NCBI RefSeq assembly: GCF_003704095.1
Contig: NW_020846747.1
Span: 558,001-622,000 of the forward strand
Length of the DNA stretch: 64,000 bases
From: Pocillopora damicornis
Taxonomy: Eukaryota
Reading direction: 5' to 3'
The notes below the pieces were generated by a model. That model was not told the origin of the DNA, did no database searches, and worked only from the letters and a program-made list of their open reading frames with translations. Position 1 is the stretch's first letter. Every line of letters starts with the position of its first letter. The translations under genes and the position numbers were made by a program. Of the stretch, positions 26,101-40,790 are shown piece by piece.

Positions 26101-29100
26101 TTGTGATGTATACGGAAAAAATGCAAGAAACTGTATTCCACTTGGTGTCTTTCTGAAAAGGTAAGTGTTTTCAGTTTTTACAGCTGTCTTTCTGTAAGGC
26201 CCTAGTTTAAAATTTAGTTGCCTGACTTGCAACGTAGTGTTTTTTCATTCTTCCAGGGCGATTTTCACAATTGCTTGTGGTTAAAGAATCTTATACAGGG
26301 GATGTTTGAATTGAAGCCTTTTTTGGTAGGGGAAACTTTTATATAACGCAGTGAAGGGGGAATTAGTAGTGAGGATGCTAGAACACTAAAGTGATAATGA
26401 GTGCAGTGATTATGTTCTCACGGCCACTGCCAGTTCCGGCGCCATAAGAAGGACTATAAAATTAAAACAGAAGTACTGAAGAAATAGTGCTATGTATTTG
26501 AACAGTTATTTCTTTTTGTATCTATCATATTGTATCTAAGTTCCTGATATTCTTGACATCACTTCAGTAGTTCGTATCAAATTCAGCTGAACGTACACAA
26601 ATACATCATCGATGAAAAAAGGTAATGAAATATTTCAGCACTTATTCAAGTCACGTTTTAGTTTAAAGACAGGCACGCAACTGATCTCTGGTTCAAGTTT
26701 TAAACAAAAGAACTAAATAATCGTTCGAGAGTCTGATCTAGCAATTGAAATAGAAGCTTTTGATCTTGATATTCAGCTTGAATACAGCTATCTCTGAACT
26801 TTAAATGAATTAAACACTGGCCCAAAGTATGGTATTTTGTTGTCACGGTGTGAACAATGAAGGGAAACATGTGGGGTACTTTCTTTTTTTTGAAAAGTAG
26901 AACACTCCTAAGATATACAATAGTAAAGGTTGAAATCATTTGTCTATTATCCTCCACCCCCTAAAAACAGTCTGAAGCAAATTGAAATGAGCTTGATCAA
27001 CTGTTGCTTTCCCAGAGTTTACCAGTGAAACATGAATCTCATTTGTAAAGCCCCATTACTTTTTTTTAGTTTATTGATTTAGCATTCAAAATCAACAGTA
27101 TGGCGGGATTTGACTTCTTTAGCTTTCAACGTCAAACAGCAACGTAAGTCAACGTTAAACATCTTTGGTTGCACGCAATAACTGATAATCTATCGAATGC
27201 AAGACGTTTTTCCTCGCTCATTGTAATGTGAAGTATGAACCTGTTTTATTCAATGCCATATCACAGATACATCCATGTAGTTCTTTCGTCTATCCCCACC
27301 AAATTGCAAAACAGCATTCAGGAACTTGAGAATTTTGAATGAATACCCACAAAGACGTGGGAAAAGCTGAGAACTTCAGCATCTCGTTAGATGAAGCCCA
27401 TAATGACATTGTCAAAAATTCAATTTTTTCTACTTTGTGACTTTATCTTTAGTTCAAGAAAGCCCGTTTGATGTAGCCTTAACGATGGGTGCCAGGTTGA
27501 AGTCTTCTTCCCAGCACCACCTTCATTCTCATTTCACTGAAGTGTACCTTTTATGCTAAAATTCTCCATTGTGATCGTTTCCAAGTAAAACATACCGCAG
27601 TTGGACACCTTCCTTCGTGCCCAATCTCTCTTACACGGGCCATATCCACTCCTCGATTACCTGCCATTAAATGGGTTCGTTTCGAAAATAAAACGTCGTG
27701 CCAAGGTCCTTATGAGTAAAATAAAGGCAATTTATTTGTGATTGGATCTCGTTAACACAATTCAGAGATAATCGAGCCCAGAATTTCCACAATGGCATTG
27801 CTAAATAACAAGTGCCACCACGCAAAAACGCCATCAGTATCTACTAATTATGAATCACTAACTCCAACTTTAAATAAACGCCCTTTTTACGACTGAATGC
27901 TTGATTTCGAATACAGTGATATTCATTCCACTGAGAGAGAACTTATTCTGGTTGATATCTTGTAATGATGACAAAATCTCTAAGTTACTTAATGTTTAAT
28001 TCAGGAGACTCAGAAGATTTTGAATGGCTTAAAATATCCCAGAATACTTCAAAACCGAAGTACTAACTTGTTGCTGAAAGACTATTTAGAACTATGTCTG
28101 ATTGCTCAGTTCATGTGTTATGATGGTTCAGCACAGCATAGAAGGAATTCTGGAGTCATTTTGGACTCAAGCATTTTCAATTAAGTTCTCCCCAACTGAC
28201 AAAAATAATGCGCGCGCAATGAAGGAATGTCGCTCGATCAGTGACTTAATGTTGACAATGCTAAAAGTCTGAGATTTTAAAAAAGTAAGCAAATCTTAAG
28301 ACACTTTCACCTGTCGTAGCGTCAGTTCAAAATTATTATGCGAAATTCGAATTTTCACACCTTGTTCTTCAACGTCGCAAACAAGATACAAATTACAAAA
28401 GAACCTATATCTGATGCTTTCCTTAATGAACATTTTACTGAGAACGTCAATTTTATAATTTAGACTAGATAATGGGGGTATTTCTTCAGTTATTTTGTCT
28501 TTTTAGAGGCAATGTCGCTTCTCGCGTCATATTATATTATGTTGCTATATGTAGAGTTTGTTTTTTAGGTTGAAAGTTCTTTTCATTTTCATTTGTGTAA
28601 GTCAGGTGAGTAAAGAAAGCGACAGATGTCAATTACTGTGTTGTACCTGCCTCTGGTCAGTAATTGCGGTAGTTTACCTTTCAAACGTCCTCTCTATCTA
28701 CCACTACGATTCGGGTCGGCGTTTTTTTTTATTAATTAAATTGATTCTGATCGACCAAAATTTTAAAAAATTCATCGTCAACGTTTACCCTTTTGCCGAG
28801 AATCAGTGCGGAGGAAACAAATTTTAATTGCAAGGTAACATTGATTGTTTTGGCGTTATTCGATTTTTTTTTTAAATAATCTACGCGACTTATTGTTGGT
28901 TTTTTTTTCTCCTAAGGATGGCGTAAGGATGATTTAATACATGTCTATTAAAACAATGTTTAATGAAGCGTAGTAAACTAAGAACTACAAAGCATTTGGT
29001 TTTAAACTTTCACTGAAAGAGCTTTAAATTGAAACAGAAATATTGCGCTCTCAATGTTCAGCGTAAACGGGCGATTAATGTTGACATTGAACAAGTCATT

Positions 29101-29807
29101 AATTCCTTCCGTCAGTAATGAACCTAAATTGCAAAAAAAGCAGCTTAGTTCGAACGATACCAAGAGTTCTTTCTTGAAAAAAGAGGAATGCTTTTCCTTG
29201 AAAATTCCATAAAAGATATTCTGTAAAAGAGATCACAATTTATCTCAGCGAAGCTTTAAGAGTTAAGTAAGTGTAATGCATTTACAGAGGGAAACTCGCT
29301 TTAATACTCGTGTATTACTCAAGGTCTATTATAAGTTTTATTAGTTGAATTGTAACCAGAGTTTGATATCCAGTGTAGCTATGCTTCGTACCTTTGGGGA
29401 AAAAGGAATTTAAAATTAAGAAAAATTTGATTCTATATGCCTTACTTTTTAAAAAAAATCGCTTATTTATTTAAAATGACTCAATATTTTCGAAGCCTGG
29501 TCGAGTGGCTTGCAAAGGTTATAACTTGATAGATTTATGAGGTTTCATTTAGGTAAGTGTGCACCGCTTCAATTAATTGTCCACTAAGGGATTCTGGCAG
29601 CAAAATGAGAGACTTATCAACACTGAATTTCCATGATTTAAATACATGATTTAATTTTCATCGTTTGCAACATGAACGGTTTACAGTAGCTGATGATCAA
29701 GGTAAAGCTATGAAAAGGAATAGATCTTTATTCTCATTTCAAAACAGTTAGTCATTTTGAATTGCACTGAATTCTCTTGGGAAATAGCTCAACTTTCTCT
29801 CCTTCTC

Positions 29808-31819
29808 CGGTCAAGTCTCTCGAAAGTCATCTCGCCCGAAGTCATGTCGCTCGAAACCTGAGTGTATGTTGCCCGAAATTTTAGTTATGTCGCCTGAAAA
29901 AAAAAGTCAAGTCGCCTGAAGAAACAAATGCCAAAAAGATAAGAATTTCAGACTGTTAATAGGCAATAACGTTGAGAAATTTTAATCACTAACGCGCTCT
30001 TTGTTTCCGACAACACCATGAAGATTCTTAAAGCGTTATTCGTTCCTAATAACAAAGGGAAACGTTGTTCGTTTCCAATACCAAAATGAGGCGTTTTTCG
30101 TTTGGTATGTAACCGTTTCTTACTCACGGACGTTTCGTAAGCTTGAGAAACTCTTTCTTGGTTTCTAACAATACCATGAAGACTTTAACTACACAGAAAT
30201 CGATTGTATGGTCAGAATTGAAATATGTTTGAGTAACAACTCTAAAAGTGTTGTTCGTTTCCAACAACAGAGGGAAGCGTTGTTCGTTTCTATAACAACA
30301 AATGGACGGATGCAGCGTAACTTAACAAATAGAGAAGCCTTGACTGTGCTCTGTTCTGTTGTAAAGCACGCAGNNNNNNNNNNNNNNNNNNNNNNNNNNN
30401 NNNNNNNNNNNNNNNNNNNNNNNNNNNNNNNNNNNNNNNNNNNNNNNNNNNNNNNNNNNNNNNNNNNNNNNNNNNNNNNNNNNNNNNNNNNNNNNNNNNN
30501 NNNNNNNNNNNNNNNNNNNNNNNNNNNNNNNNNNNNNNNNNNNNNNNNNNNNNNNNNNNNNNNNNNNNNNNNNNNNNNNNNNNNNNNNNNNNNNNNNNNN
30601 NNNNNNNNNNNNNNNNNNNNNNNNNNNNNNNNNNNNNNNNNNNNNNNNNNNNNNNNNNNNNNNNNNNNNNNNNNNNNNNNNNNNNNNNNNNNNNNNNNNN
30701 NNNNNNNNNNNNNNNNNNNNNNNNNNNNNNNNNNNNNNNNNNNNNNNNNNNNNNNNNNNNNNNNNNNNNNNNNNNNNNNNNNNNNNNNAACCATCAAAGT
30801 TCAAAAACCATCAAAGTTCATATTCTGCAATGGTTTACAAACTAAAATAGCTCGGCGTGTCGAATTTAACACTTTTGCCTGAAGTTTTTTAGTTTCTAAT
30901 ACAGGATCTGAAAGTGAAATGTTCAGTGAAATTCGGCCCAATCGTGGCTCACAAAAAAATACGCAAGTTATTTCACATGACAAGCAGAAAACAAACTGTT
31001 CAAGGCGAGTGTATTATGAATGAACAACAGCCGAATTCANNNNNNNNNNNNNNNNNNNNNNNNNNNNNNNNNNNNNNNNNNNNNNNNNNNNNNNNNNNNN
31101 NNNNNNNNNNNNNNNNNNNNNNNNNNNNNNNNNNNNNNNTACGAACTGATCAAAATGAGCATTCATCCTTGCATTGAGTGTGATGATGAAGTTCAACCAC
31201 GCCAACAAGCCCTATAGTGCGACGATTACGGTCGATCATATGGCACTGCACTGAAAAACTGCCTATTCTGATCTGATTCTGATAAGGGAAATGATGCTTT
31301 CAGACTACTACCGTGATTAAAGTCACAAGCATAAACAATAGACCGTTATCTTTGTTGTTAGGAACGAACAACGCTTTTAGAATCGTTACTAAAACATATT
31401 TGTATTCCGAGCATACGATCGATTTCTGTGTAGTCAGTCTTCATGGTATTGTTAGATACCATGAAAGAGTTTCTCAAGCTTACGAAACGTCCGTGAGTAA
31501 GAAACGGTTACATACAAAACGAAAAACGCTTCATTTTGTTGTTGGAAACGAACACCGTTTCCCTTTGTTGTTAAGAACGAACAACGCTTTAAGAATCTTC
31601 ATGGCGTTGTCGAAAACAAAGAGCGCTTTAGTAATAAAAATTTCTCAACGTTATTGCCTATTAACAGTCTGAAATTCTAATCTTTTTAATATTTGTTTCT
31701 TCGGGCGACTTGACTTTTTTTTTTCGGGCGACACAGCTAAAATTTCGGGCAAAATGACTCAGGTTTCGGGCGACATGACTTCGGGCGGGATGACTCTCGG
31801 GCGACTTGACTGTAAACCG
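29808..31819. mobile_element. Non-autonomous long-TIR DNA transposon (Mutator/foldback-like)
   Basis: 29808-~30230 is the reverse complement of ~31400-31812: GTCAAGTC...AGTCATCTCGCCCGAAGTCATGTCGC...TACTCACGGACGTTTCGTAAGCTTGAGAAACTCTT versus AAGAGTTTCTCAAGCTTACGAAACGTCCGTGAGTA...GCGACATGACTTCGGGCGGGATGACT...GACTTGAC. The interior has two gaps and a PHD-finger-like remnant (CIECDDEVQPRQQAL*CDD at ~31156-31230). No TSD found. Confidence 0.75.
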
Positions 31820-32024
31820 TTGCATCTAGTACTCTACATACTGGTTTGTAATTGTATCAGTGTATTTATTAAAATACTGGAAAAAAAGTGACTATAAAGT
31901 TAAAAAATATGTAGACATTCACAAACTTATAGTTTTAAACTTTCATGTAACACATTTGGAATATTTTTTTACCTCTTACATGGGAAAATTTTTCTATTTT
32001 TAGAAGACCTTAAGGTATTACCTG

Positions 32025-35000
32025 ATGAAGCCGTCAATGTTGCGTTTCGCGATTGGAATTCTAATTGGACTGCATATAGGTAAGTTTGATTGCAAGATTT
32101 ATCAAGAACAGGATGTGTTCCATGAAAGACGGTATCTTGTGACAGCGATGCCATCAATTCATTTCAATTGTGCAAATAGTTTTCGAGTTTAAATTAAAGT
32201 TTTTTATGGTCAAACAATGCTAAGAAATGGAAAACCGAATAGTATACTACTGCGTATTAGAGAAGAAACGCGACACACGATCTAAATCTTTAAAAAATAT
32301 ATATATAATTAAAAGGGTTCAGTTTCCAAAGAAACTGTAGCGCTACATTTGTGGGGTTATAACATGACAACTTGTCTTTATCAATTGAGTTAAATAAATT
32401 AAATTATTATTTTCATTTTCTATCTATTTCGGATCCGCTCCATTACCAATTTCAAGCCATTTCACACAAATGCATTTAATATTCCCTTTTTTAGCGAATC
32501 ATTATGAAATTGTACTCTTGACTGTTGGAAATAATGGTGACAAGATATACCGTGTGATTGATCTCAAAACTCTTTGTAAGGGACCGATTGCTGGTTCAGC
32601 TGGTTCAATAGCAATACAAATATATTGAAAATGTTTGGCTCTGGCTATAGTTCTGTTTGTCATGACCTTTCAATAGTCCTATAGCAGTAAAATTTAATAT
32701 TGTACCAAGTGATCTTAGTGGAATATGACTTTTGGGGTATTTGATGCACGACTACATGTTGAACACAATTTTCAGTGAAGGATTTTTGTTTTGTGATATC
32801 ATCTGTATGTCGACCATTGACGCTAAGAATAAACCTTATGTTTCACCTATCAAATCGGATATTTCTTCCCAAGCGAGTCACTCAAATTGTATTTTTCCTT
32901 CAGTTTACTGTGTGTAAATAAATGATGATCAGGTATTGAGAGACCCTAGAACACTAGAGACGAATCATTTTGCAACAGAGAGGGAGTAAAATGAAAAAAA
33001 AGGCCTGAATCTTAAGATTTATTTCAACGGTGTTTCTCTACTAGATTCATTTTTCTCAGGCGATAAATAAAGACCAGTCCCTTAAGGTGAATATCTTTTT
33101 ATTTCATGAACGCGCTCAGTGCCGCGGCCTGGCGAAGACCACTTATGAAGCATTGCAACTTATAATAACATGTTTGTTCAACGTTGTATCTTTAGCAGGG
33201 TTTTGTAGAGGAGAAAACGTATCAGTCTATTACCGTGCATCAGGAGTTATTTTAAATCACAACTTCACAAAAGAGTTTTTTACGAAAAATTGCGAGCCGT
33301 GTCGAATTCTTGCTGATGACATCAAAGCTGGGGTAAGTAATGATAAGCTGCTGATTGTTCTTCCAGCTGCACAGAGTAAGATTGAACAAAACACAGTGAA
33401 TTTTCACTCCGAGGCTTAGCACTATATTACGTGTAAAGCATTGTGATTGGGAGAGAGTCAAAGTAAACAAATTTACTTCCAACTTAACGTTCCATTGTGT
33501 AAGTTGTCTCAATGTGAGTGGTGCTTACACAGTAAGCAAATTTCCTTGGAATTTTAAACTCGTCATTTTTCGCTTAGAGTCCCCTTAACCAAGAATTCTG
33601 CAAAATCTTGCTCTAATTTCTTTTTTCGAATGCTGTATTTATCACCTACTTAATTAAATGTTTTCTTTCAAGAATGCTTTCAAGAATGTTGTGACCAAAC
33701 ACTATGCAATCTTCCTATCCATAACCTTCTCGTTTCAGTTCTGGAAAATGTTTGACTTTTTTGTCCAATTCAACCTGTTTGGAGATTCTATGCTTTTAAA
33801 CAAGACATCTAAAGGCATTTTCTTCAGGTAAGACAAATTATAAACTACGTCCCATAATATTACGAGTTCGGTTAGAATCTGAACTCCTGGATGGAATGAA
33901 TTACTGCCACTCGTGCAAAAATGTCTTTAAAAGTCCTCCTCTCTTCTCCCCTGTATGATCTTAGGACAAATAGCGGTATGGACCTTATTCATATGGATAA
34001 TTCGTATGTCTTAAAATTTCTCATTTCATCTTGAAATTTTGATCGTCCAGACTTCCTTCACTTGGTGAGCCGGATATTAATGCAACAGAGAAAGAAGTAC
34101 TTCAACCAGACGAAAACAAAGAAGAAAGGTAATTAAGTATGTTAATTGATTCACTTGTTTCCTTTGACGTTTTGAAAAGCATGTGTTTAATAACGCTAAG
34201 TTACCAAGTTAGGTTGTGATTTTTCATCATTGCAAATGACGATTCTAAAACTAATGCTCGTTTCACGACATGAATTAATAAATCATTGCTTGTTTCACAA
34301 GCTTAGCACTTTGACCCCTAAAAATGACTAGAATCTAGTTTCTCCTTGAATCAAACATTAAGAATTAAGATAATGAGAATAAAGAAAATGATCACTAAGT
34401 TAAAAGCTCCTAATTGTTAAAACAATTCCCCTCGTCAGTACCTTGGGAAATAGTAGAGAACAGTGTGGAGAATATACATACTGATATTAGGGAGTAATGG
34501 GTTTACTAGATTACCTCATAACCTAAAGAAGACCACTAGTTTGCGGTCAAAAGATCGCGAGACAAACGATACTTCATTAAAATGCATTTGATGTTCATAA
34601 CTTGTCTCTTTTAGCGGGGTCTACTTCATCATGGTGATGCGAGTGGAAGTAAACATGACTGACCCGTCCAAAGATTTTCCCGTACTTAAAGAACGAATAC
34701 GGAATGCTTGTTGGCAGTACCTTAGATTGGTAGTGCATTTCCAACTTTTATCCACAGTTTGGCTAAACAAAACAGGCTTCGTTTTCAAGGTGGGAACATC
34801 ATCTATACCATTCTTCAATTGATGTAATCCTTATATAACGTTAACCTATGACATTTCATCTTTGTTAAGAGCATTCTGAAGGGTACCTATTTAGGCAAGG
34901 CACAGTCTCAAGGTTCTTGAGAAGCAACTTATTGCTCCTCTCTGGACTATACACTGACAAGAAAATATTTGTTCTTACCGCCTAGGAGCTCTCCGAAACC

Positions 35001-37565
35001 CAAGTGACGAACTATCTGGATCTTCTCAAGACGAAACATAATTTTGAATCAAAGATACTTTTGCGAAAAAGCGATGACATCCCAGAGAGTCACCAGAATG
35101 CGCTGTCAATCATTTCTTACGTTGGATGTACTTTATCTATTTTGGGGCTGTTTTTCACGATTTTAACCATCACCCTCTCAAGGTAAAAAGGATCAAGAGA
35201 CTATGAATCAAAGAGATTCCTATTACAGACCTGCTTCCTTTTTATTTGATTTTAACCTCAAGAAAGGGTAATATCCCCATAATGTCCTAAACGAGCATTG
35301 TTATAAAATAGCGATTAATGAGTTGGAATGAGGCTTAAGGCTACTGTAAAAAAAAGCGTGAAGCCTGCACGGTGTTCAAGCACATTTCTGAGAGTATTAG
35401 TTGTTTGTAAGAAAAGGGGTCTTAAGTAATCTGATTGTATTAAACAAACTCAGGCAGTTGAGTACAAGGACGTCCATCCCCGAGAAAAGCTGTAACCAGA
35501 CACGTGTCAAATCACGATAGTTTTTTTTATGTGTGTTTCGTATCGCCAATCAGTTGCTGACAAGTCACTAACCCTTTGCGCCATTCTGTCGGGTTGACGT
35601 TTGAATGGCAAAGCATTCGCCATTCTCAATCCAAAGTCGTTCATTAATAAAGTTTCCTTTTCTTGTCAGTAAAGGTCCATGGTGCTTATATGATAAAAAA
35701 AAAAATAATGCATGTTTTCCTTTAGAATGTTCACTATATAGTTCCCTCAACCCTTATTTCTCATGACTTTCGATCTTCTTCGACAGGAAGCTTCGTCGCC
35801 TTCGCCAAAACCAAATACTAGCGTATTTGTGTGTGTCCCTCCTGGCCGCCATATTGCTGTTTACATTTGGTATCAACGGCATGACAGGCTCAGACTCACT
35901 GGACGTTTGTAAAGCCATGGCAGCCCTTCTTCATTATTTCCTACTCTCCTCTATTGTCTGGATGAGTATCGAGGCATACAACATGTATCAAGACCTGGTC
36001 AAAGTGTTTGACACCACATTTATTTCACAAAATGAGTTCATGTGCAGGGCGGGAGTGGTGGGATGGAGTACGTAAACTTTGCTTTGTCATATTTAATGAG
36101 CCAAAATCTCGCAAATCCTTAGTATATGAGCCCTTGAGGTAAAGAGAAACAAAGAAAAAGAAGAGGGAGACAAAGAGGTCGAAACGATATCAATTAGGAA
36201 CATGAGGAATATAGATGAGATGAACCTGGTTTTTCTCTATTAGATTTCGAAGAGCGATGACAGAATTTTTTAGATGAAAAGAAGGTTTCTGAAAGTCTGT
36301 ATCAGATGTAATCTGCATTGCCATTTTTATTTTAGGTGATTTTTTTTATTACCTTTGCCGTCTTCACATTTGTAAATAATTTAAAGTTGTTGTTGTCCAA
36401 ACTAATAATTTTTTTTTGTGATATAAACGCTTTAATGGCGCTTATTTATTTGTACCAAAGATTTTCAATCAATTCTTGCATTTCAAAGGTCTTTTCTTTA
36501 TTGTTTTGTCTCTTTGCAGTTATTCCTGCCATGATTGTGGTGATAACTGTATTGGCTGAACCTCAGTCCTACGGCTTCCACGTCATGGACAAGAATAACG
36601 AAACGCTGTAAGTAAAACATTTATATCAGCAGACGATTTATAACCACGATATGATGTGTGATCACTCCTGCTTAGCTAATGTGAAACGAAACAAAAATAT
36701 TACAACCATTTCCTTCGGATTATTTCTACACATTACCGTCCATGTAGTTTTGTAAGAAAGGAAATACTTTGCCAATTATTTCACCATTCCTATCAAAATA
36801 AAGCAATGGTTTGGAATTGAAAAAAATACATATCCCAACAGAATTAAAAGCTATAGTTCACGATAACATCACGATCGAAAGCAAGGCAAATTAAGACCTG
36901 CGATATATAATTTCGAGGAAAAAACCTTTACAAACTCGTCTCTAAATCATATTAGTTCATATTAGTTCATATTAGTTCATATTAATTGAAAGCAACCATA
37001 TGGAATCAACGAGTTTGCTTGTCTCCATTTCAGTTGCTGGATGGACGCAGACGCATTCTACGGCGCATTCCTTGCCCCAGTCCTCCTCTTGATGGCTGTC
37101 AACGCTTTCATTTTCCTCGCAGTTATGAAGGAAATCTACAACATCCCTCACATGTGTGAGAAGAACAACCGTCTGTCGCACTTCCGTGCTACGGTGTCCG
37201 TGTTTTTCCTCCTCGGTCTCAACTGGTTATTCGCCGGTTTAGCTGCCACTGTTGGAACATTGGTGTTCCATTACTTGTTCACGATCACATGTTCGTTTCA
37301 AGGTTTCGTCATTTTCCTCCTACATGGAATCCTTAAAAAGGATTTTCAGGAGGCTTGGCACGTGCTCACAGCGAAAAACCGCGTCATGGAGATGATTCGC
37401 AGCAGCAGCTTTGCCACACCGATGTCCAAGACCGTGAGCGTGTCGTCCCAGTCCACTACATTTGGGGTAAAAGAACGTGCTAATCCCATCACGCTGAATG
37501 GCTCAACAGTCGGGGAGTCTGGGATTCAAATTCAAGTTAATACCAGTGTAATTATCTCGTCTTAG
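32025..37565 (+). CDS. Adhesion-GPCR-type (class B2) 7TM receptor with SEA-like ectodomain and no GAIN/GPS, ~542 aa, 9 coding exons
   Basis: Phase-consistent GT-AG model: 32025-32079, 33199-33332, 33739-33827, 34051-34128, 34615-34789, 34986-35182, 35787-36067, 36520-36607, 37034-37565 (1629 nt). Signal peptide MKPSMLRFAIGILIGLHIGFCRG. aGPCR signatures: TM1 ALSIISYVGCTLSILGL, TM3 CKAMAALLHYFLLSSIVWMSIEAYNMY, TM4 GWIIPAMIV, ECL2 CW, TM6 LLGLNWLF, TM7 SFQGFVIFLLH. The exon 5 donor could alternatively be 34729. Confidence 0.9.
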
Positions 37566-40500
37566 AAAAATTCTCAGTTGAGTGCCGGAAATTCATGATT
37601 CCAATGGGAAAAGAAACAAAAGGAACCAATCAGAAATCAGAGTATACGAACTTTACCATCCTTAAGCGCGGGAAAAAACAGGGCCAAATCGCGATCGAAT
37701 TTACTTTTACTTCTGATTGGTTGAGGGAGCGGCCGGAGATTTCTGGATCAATCACAGGGTTGAGCAAAGCAAACTGATACAACATCTGGTTACTTTCGAC
37801 ACTCAATTGAAAATTAATTTATTAGTTGTTTATCTATGCCGTACTCAATAAGTAAGTAAAACATTTTACACAGAATTTTAGGTAGCATGCTGATATGCAG
37901 TGAATAAATTGGTAGTGATTCCCAACTAAAGATTACCTACCACTGAAAGTGCGACCATTTTCCGACTTTTTTGTTTCCTGCAAAGCACAGGTGTGGTAAG
38001 TTAAGCGTGTAACTGTGGGGAAAGTCTTTCTAGGTTTTTTCAAGTTTTATAGATCTTGCCCGTGATCATCTAAACTAACTGAATCAAAGAAGTTACAAAT
38101 ACTCCAGGTTTGTGTCTGGGAACACTTGCGCGGATTTGAAAATTATTTTAGATTACGTATAGTGATGTCCTAATTGCTCAGGGTTAGGGCTAAATACAGT
38201 GCACCACAATCATTAGGTAATTCAAGGAATAGTCATGCGCATTTGGATTCAAGTCATGAAATATATGCAAACAAAATAAGCTTGACAAAGGGCTGGTTCT
38301 TATGTTTCAAAAGTCCGCAAAACTTATCAAAAATACTTTTGTTCTCTGAAACAAAGGCGTGAGTTACAGGTGCTCCTCGTAAAACGCTAGATTTAATATA
38401 CTTAGATACATTCTAACGATATCTTCATAGCCACAAGCACTATTCAAAGAATGACATCGGGCAAACTCAAATGATTTAAGCGTCGAACTTAACATGAAAT
38501 GAATTCTCTCAGTTTATTTCGTCTCTTGTGAAGCTTGACGTTTCAATTGTACCTATATATAGACCACTTTAAAACCATTTTAGCATTTTTCTGAAGATTG
38601 GGGGTTTTAAATTTTTACGGTACAATAAATACCCAAAGATGGAGTGGAACAATAGATTAAAAAAGTTGAAGATACGAATATTAATTATGTTCGCGAGTGT
38701 AAACAAGGCTGCACAATTATCGAGGAAATATTTATTTTGTAGTTTAAGATTCACTTACTTAATCATTTTAATTAGAAAAAACATGAAAGGCATTTTATTT
38801 CGTTTTCCATTCATGTCGTGTGCACTAGTAAAAATAAAAGTTTTTAACCAACTAATATAATATTCGTGTTTTTGTTCTTTAGAACTTCCGTTGATTTTAA
38901 TAACAGTATGAGATCAAATGTTTATCGATGCTTTTGACAGCCGCTTTTTCAGAAGATTAAATACCATTGGCTTTCTTGCACAGCTTACGACAATACGTTA
39001 AACTGACCATGACTAGATAATTATGAAGGCGCTTCAAACACTTTCGCTTGAATTGGCTTTAATTTACTGCTGGGCTGAAAGAGTTTTAAAGGTCTTAACC
39101 CTAAATGCAAGCAGACGGGAATCGAAAATCTCTTTCGAGGTATGTTTATACGGCGCGCACTAGAAAGTTTCGTTCATGAAAACACTTACATGTATATTCC
39201 GTCCCAAGTATAAAAGTGCTGAATCAGAGCCATCCAGCGTAGAAACACTATGTGAATTATTCGCAAAACATGGATCTATGATCGCAGACCTCTTGATATC
39301 AAAGTAATTACGTAAAGTAATTATGGAGCGTTTTAATCCTCCAGGAAGAGGGGTAAGTAAACAGAAATAGCCTGACTTAAAATCACTTTAAGTATTTTGT
39401 CGGTGTGAAGTTTTCTACAAATACTGCGCCATCTTTTGGAAAGTTCAAGGCAAGGAATTATTTTGCAACAAAGGTATTAAATTACCTCTCAAATCAACGT
39501 TTACTAATATATTTTCTTTAGTAATTACAAACCATAGACCTGAATGCATGATTTGTACCTACAGTAACACTTTTGTAAGAGTGAATCAATCGTATATATT
39601 TCCAGACATTCGACACAGATATTCTATTCGTCTCAACAATACGGTCGCTGCTTTTAGAATTAATTATTGCCTTGAGCACTTAATAAATGCACAATTAAAA
39701 GCAGGCGCAATTTCTCGTCAAGAGAGCTTTGGCATGGAGTGTTTTATCAGAATAAACATATTTGATTGAGTACCTTTTTCGAACTTTTAAGCATAGTAAT
39801 GGTATCTGAGAATGTACCAAATCGAATTTAAGAAACAGTGCATATGTTAGATTTGCAAGGCAAGAACGAAATGAATTTTACTAGAGAGAGAGTTGTGACA
39901 CAGAAAGCGAAAAAGTAATTTACAGTTTCGAGCTAAAAGGCCACTCATAACGTGACACTAGATGAGTAAGATAAAGATCAGTTAAAGAAAATGCGAAACT
40001 GCCGTGAAGCATGCATGCAGCCTTCGATCAGATCAGTATTTTCAGTTGTCACGTTCCTTCGCGTTTTCCAATCTCTCTGTGACAATTAGTCATTACTAAG
40101 GGTTTACACAGGAAGCCAGGAATCTGCATATTATTCAATCGCAATCGAATAACAATCAAATCGTATAGAATTCATTGTCAATATGCCTAATTGTTGTTAA
40201 AGTCAGAAATAAAACTGAAACCTCAATGCAGTGGCTCGGTTTGATAATAAACAAGAAAACAGATTTCCTAAATGTATCTTACATGTTGAGGTTTCGAAAC
40301 ACTTTGATTTGATGACGCCAATTCACACTTACAAGCAGTAGTAAATACTTAACGAGGCAACGTTTTGAAGCATTTTGAAAAAATCAAGCCTAGGGTACTC
40401 AACCTGCGTCACTTAACACGTTGAATCGTCCCAAAATTGTGATGGCTCTAAAATTCTACGGTACAAAAGGCCACGATACTGATTAAAAATTTTGCAACCT

Positions 40501-40790
40501 AATTTATTTGAGAGTTACAGGCACTTGAGGGTAAACTCAAGAATGTTTGTTGCTCAGGTAACATGTTGCGCAGCGTAGCGTAATAATGGCATCAAATTTC
40601 TTATCTCTTATCATCTCTTAAAGCTGCTACAAAAAATTAGAAAAACGGTGATGAGCCCCTGTAACTTAAGAAATAAAACATCCTTGTGCCTTTTTTAACA
40701 CGCAGAGGTCTTTTCCATCTTTTCTATCGATTACGTTTAGTTGCTGAAGAACACCAAATTTGTTGGGCTTCGTCGATTTTAAGCGACAAT

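Noticed and set aside
24940-28610. Upstream non-coding exons/promoter of the GPCR (donor-like sites at ~25120, 26161 and ~28606; CRE/CCAAT-like motifs near 24950)
   Set aside because: Plausible but cannot be supported without transcript data.
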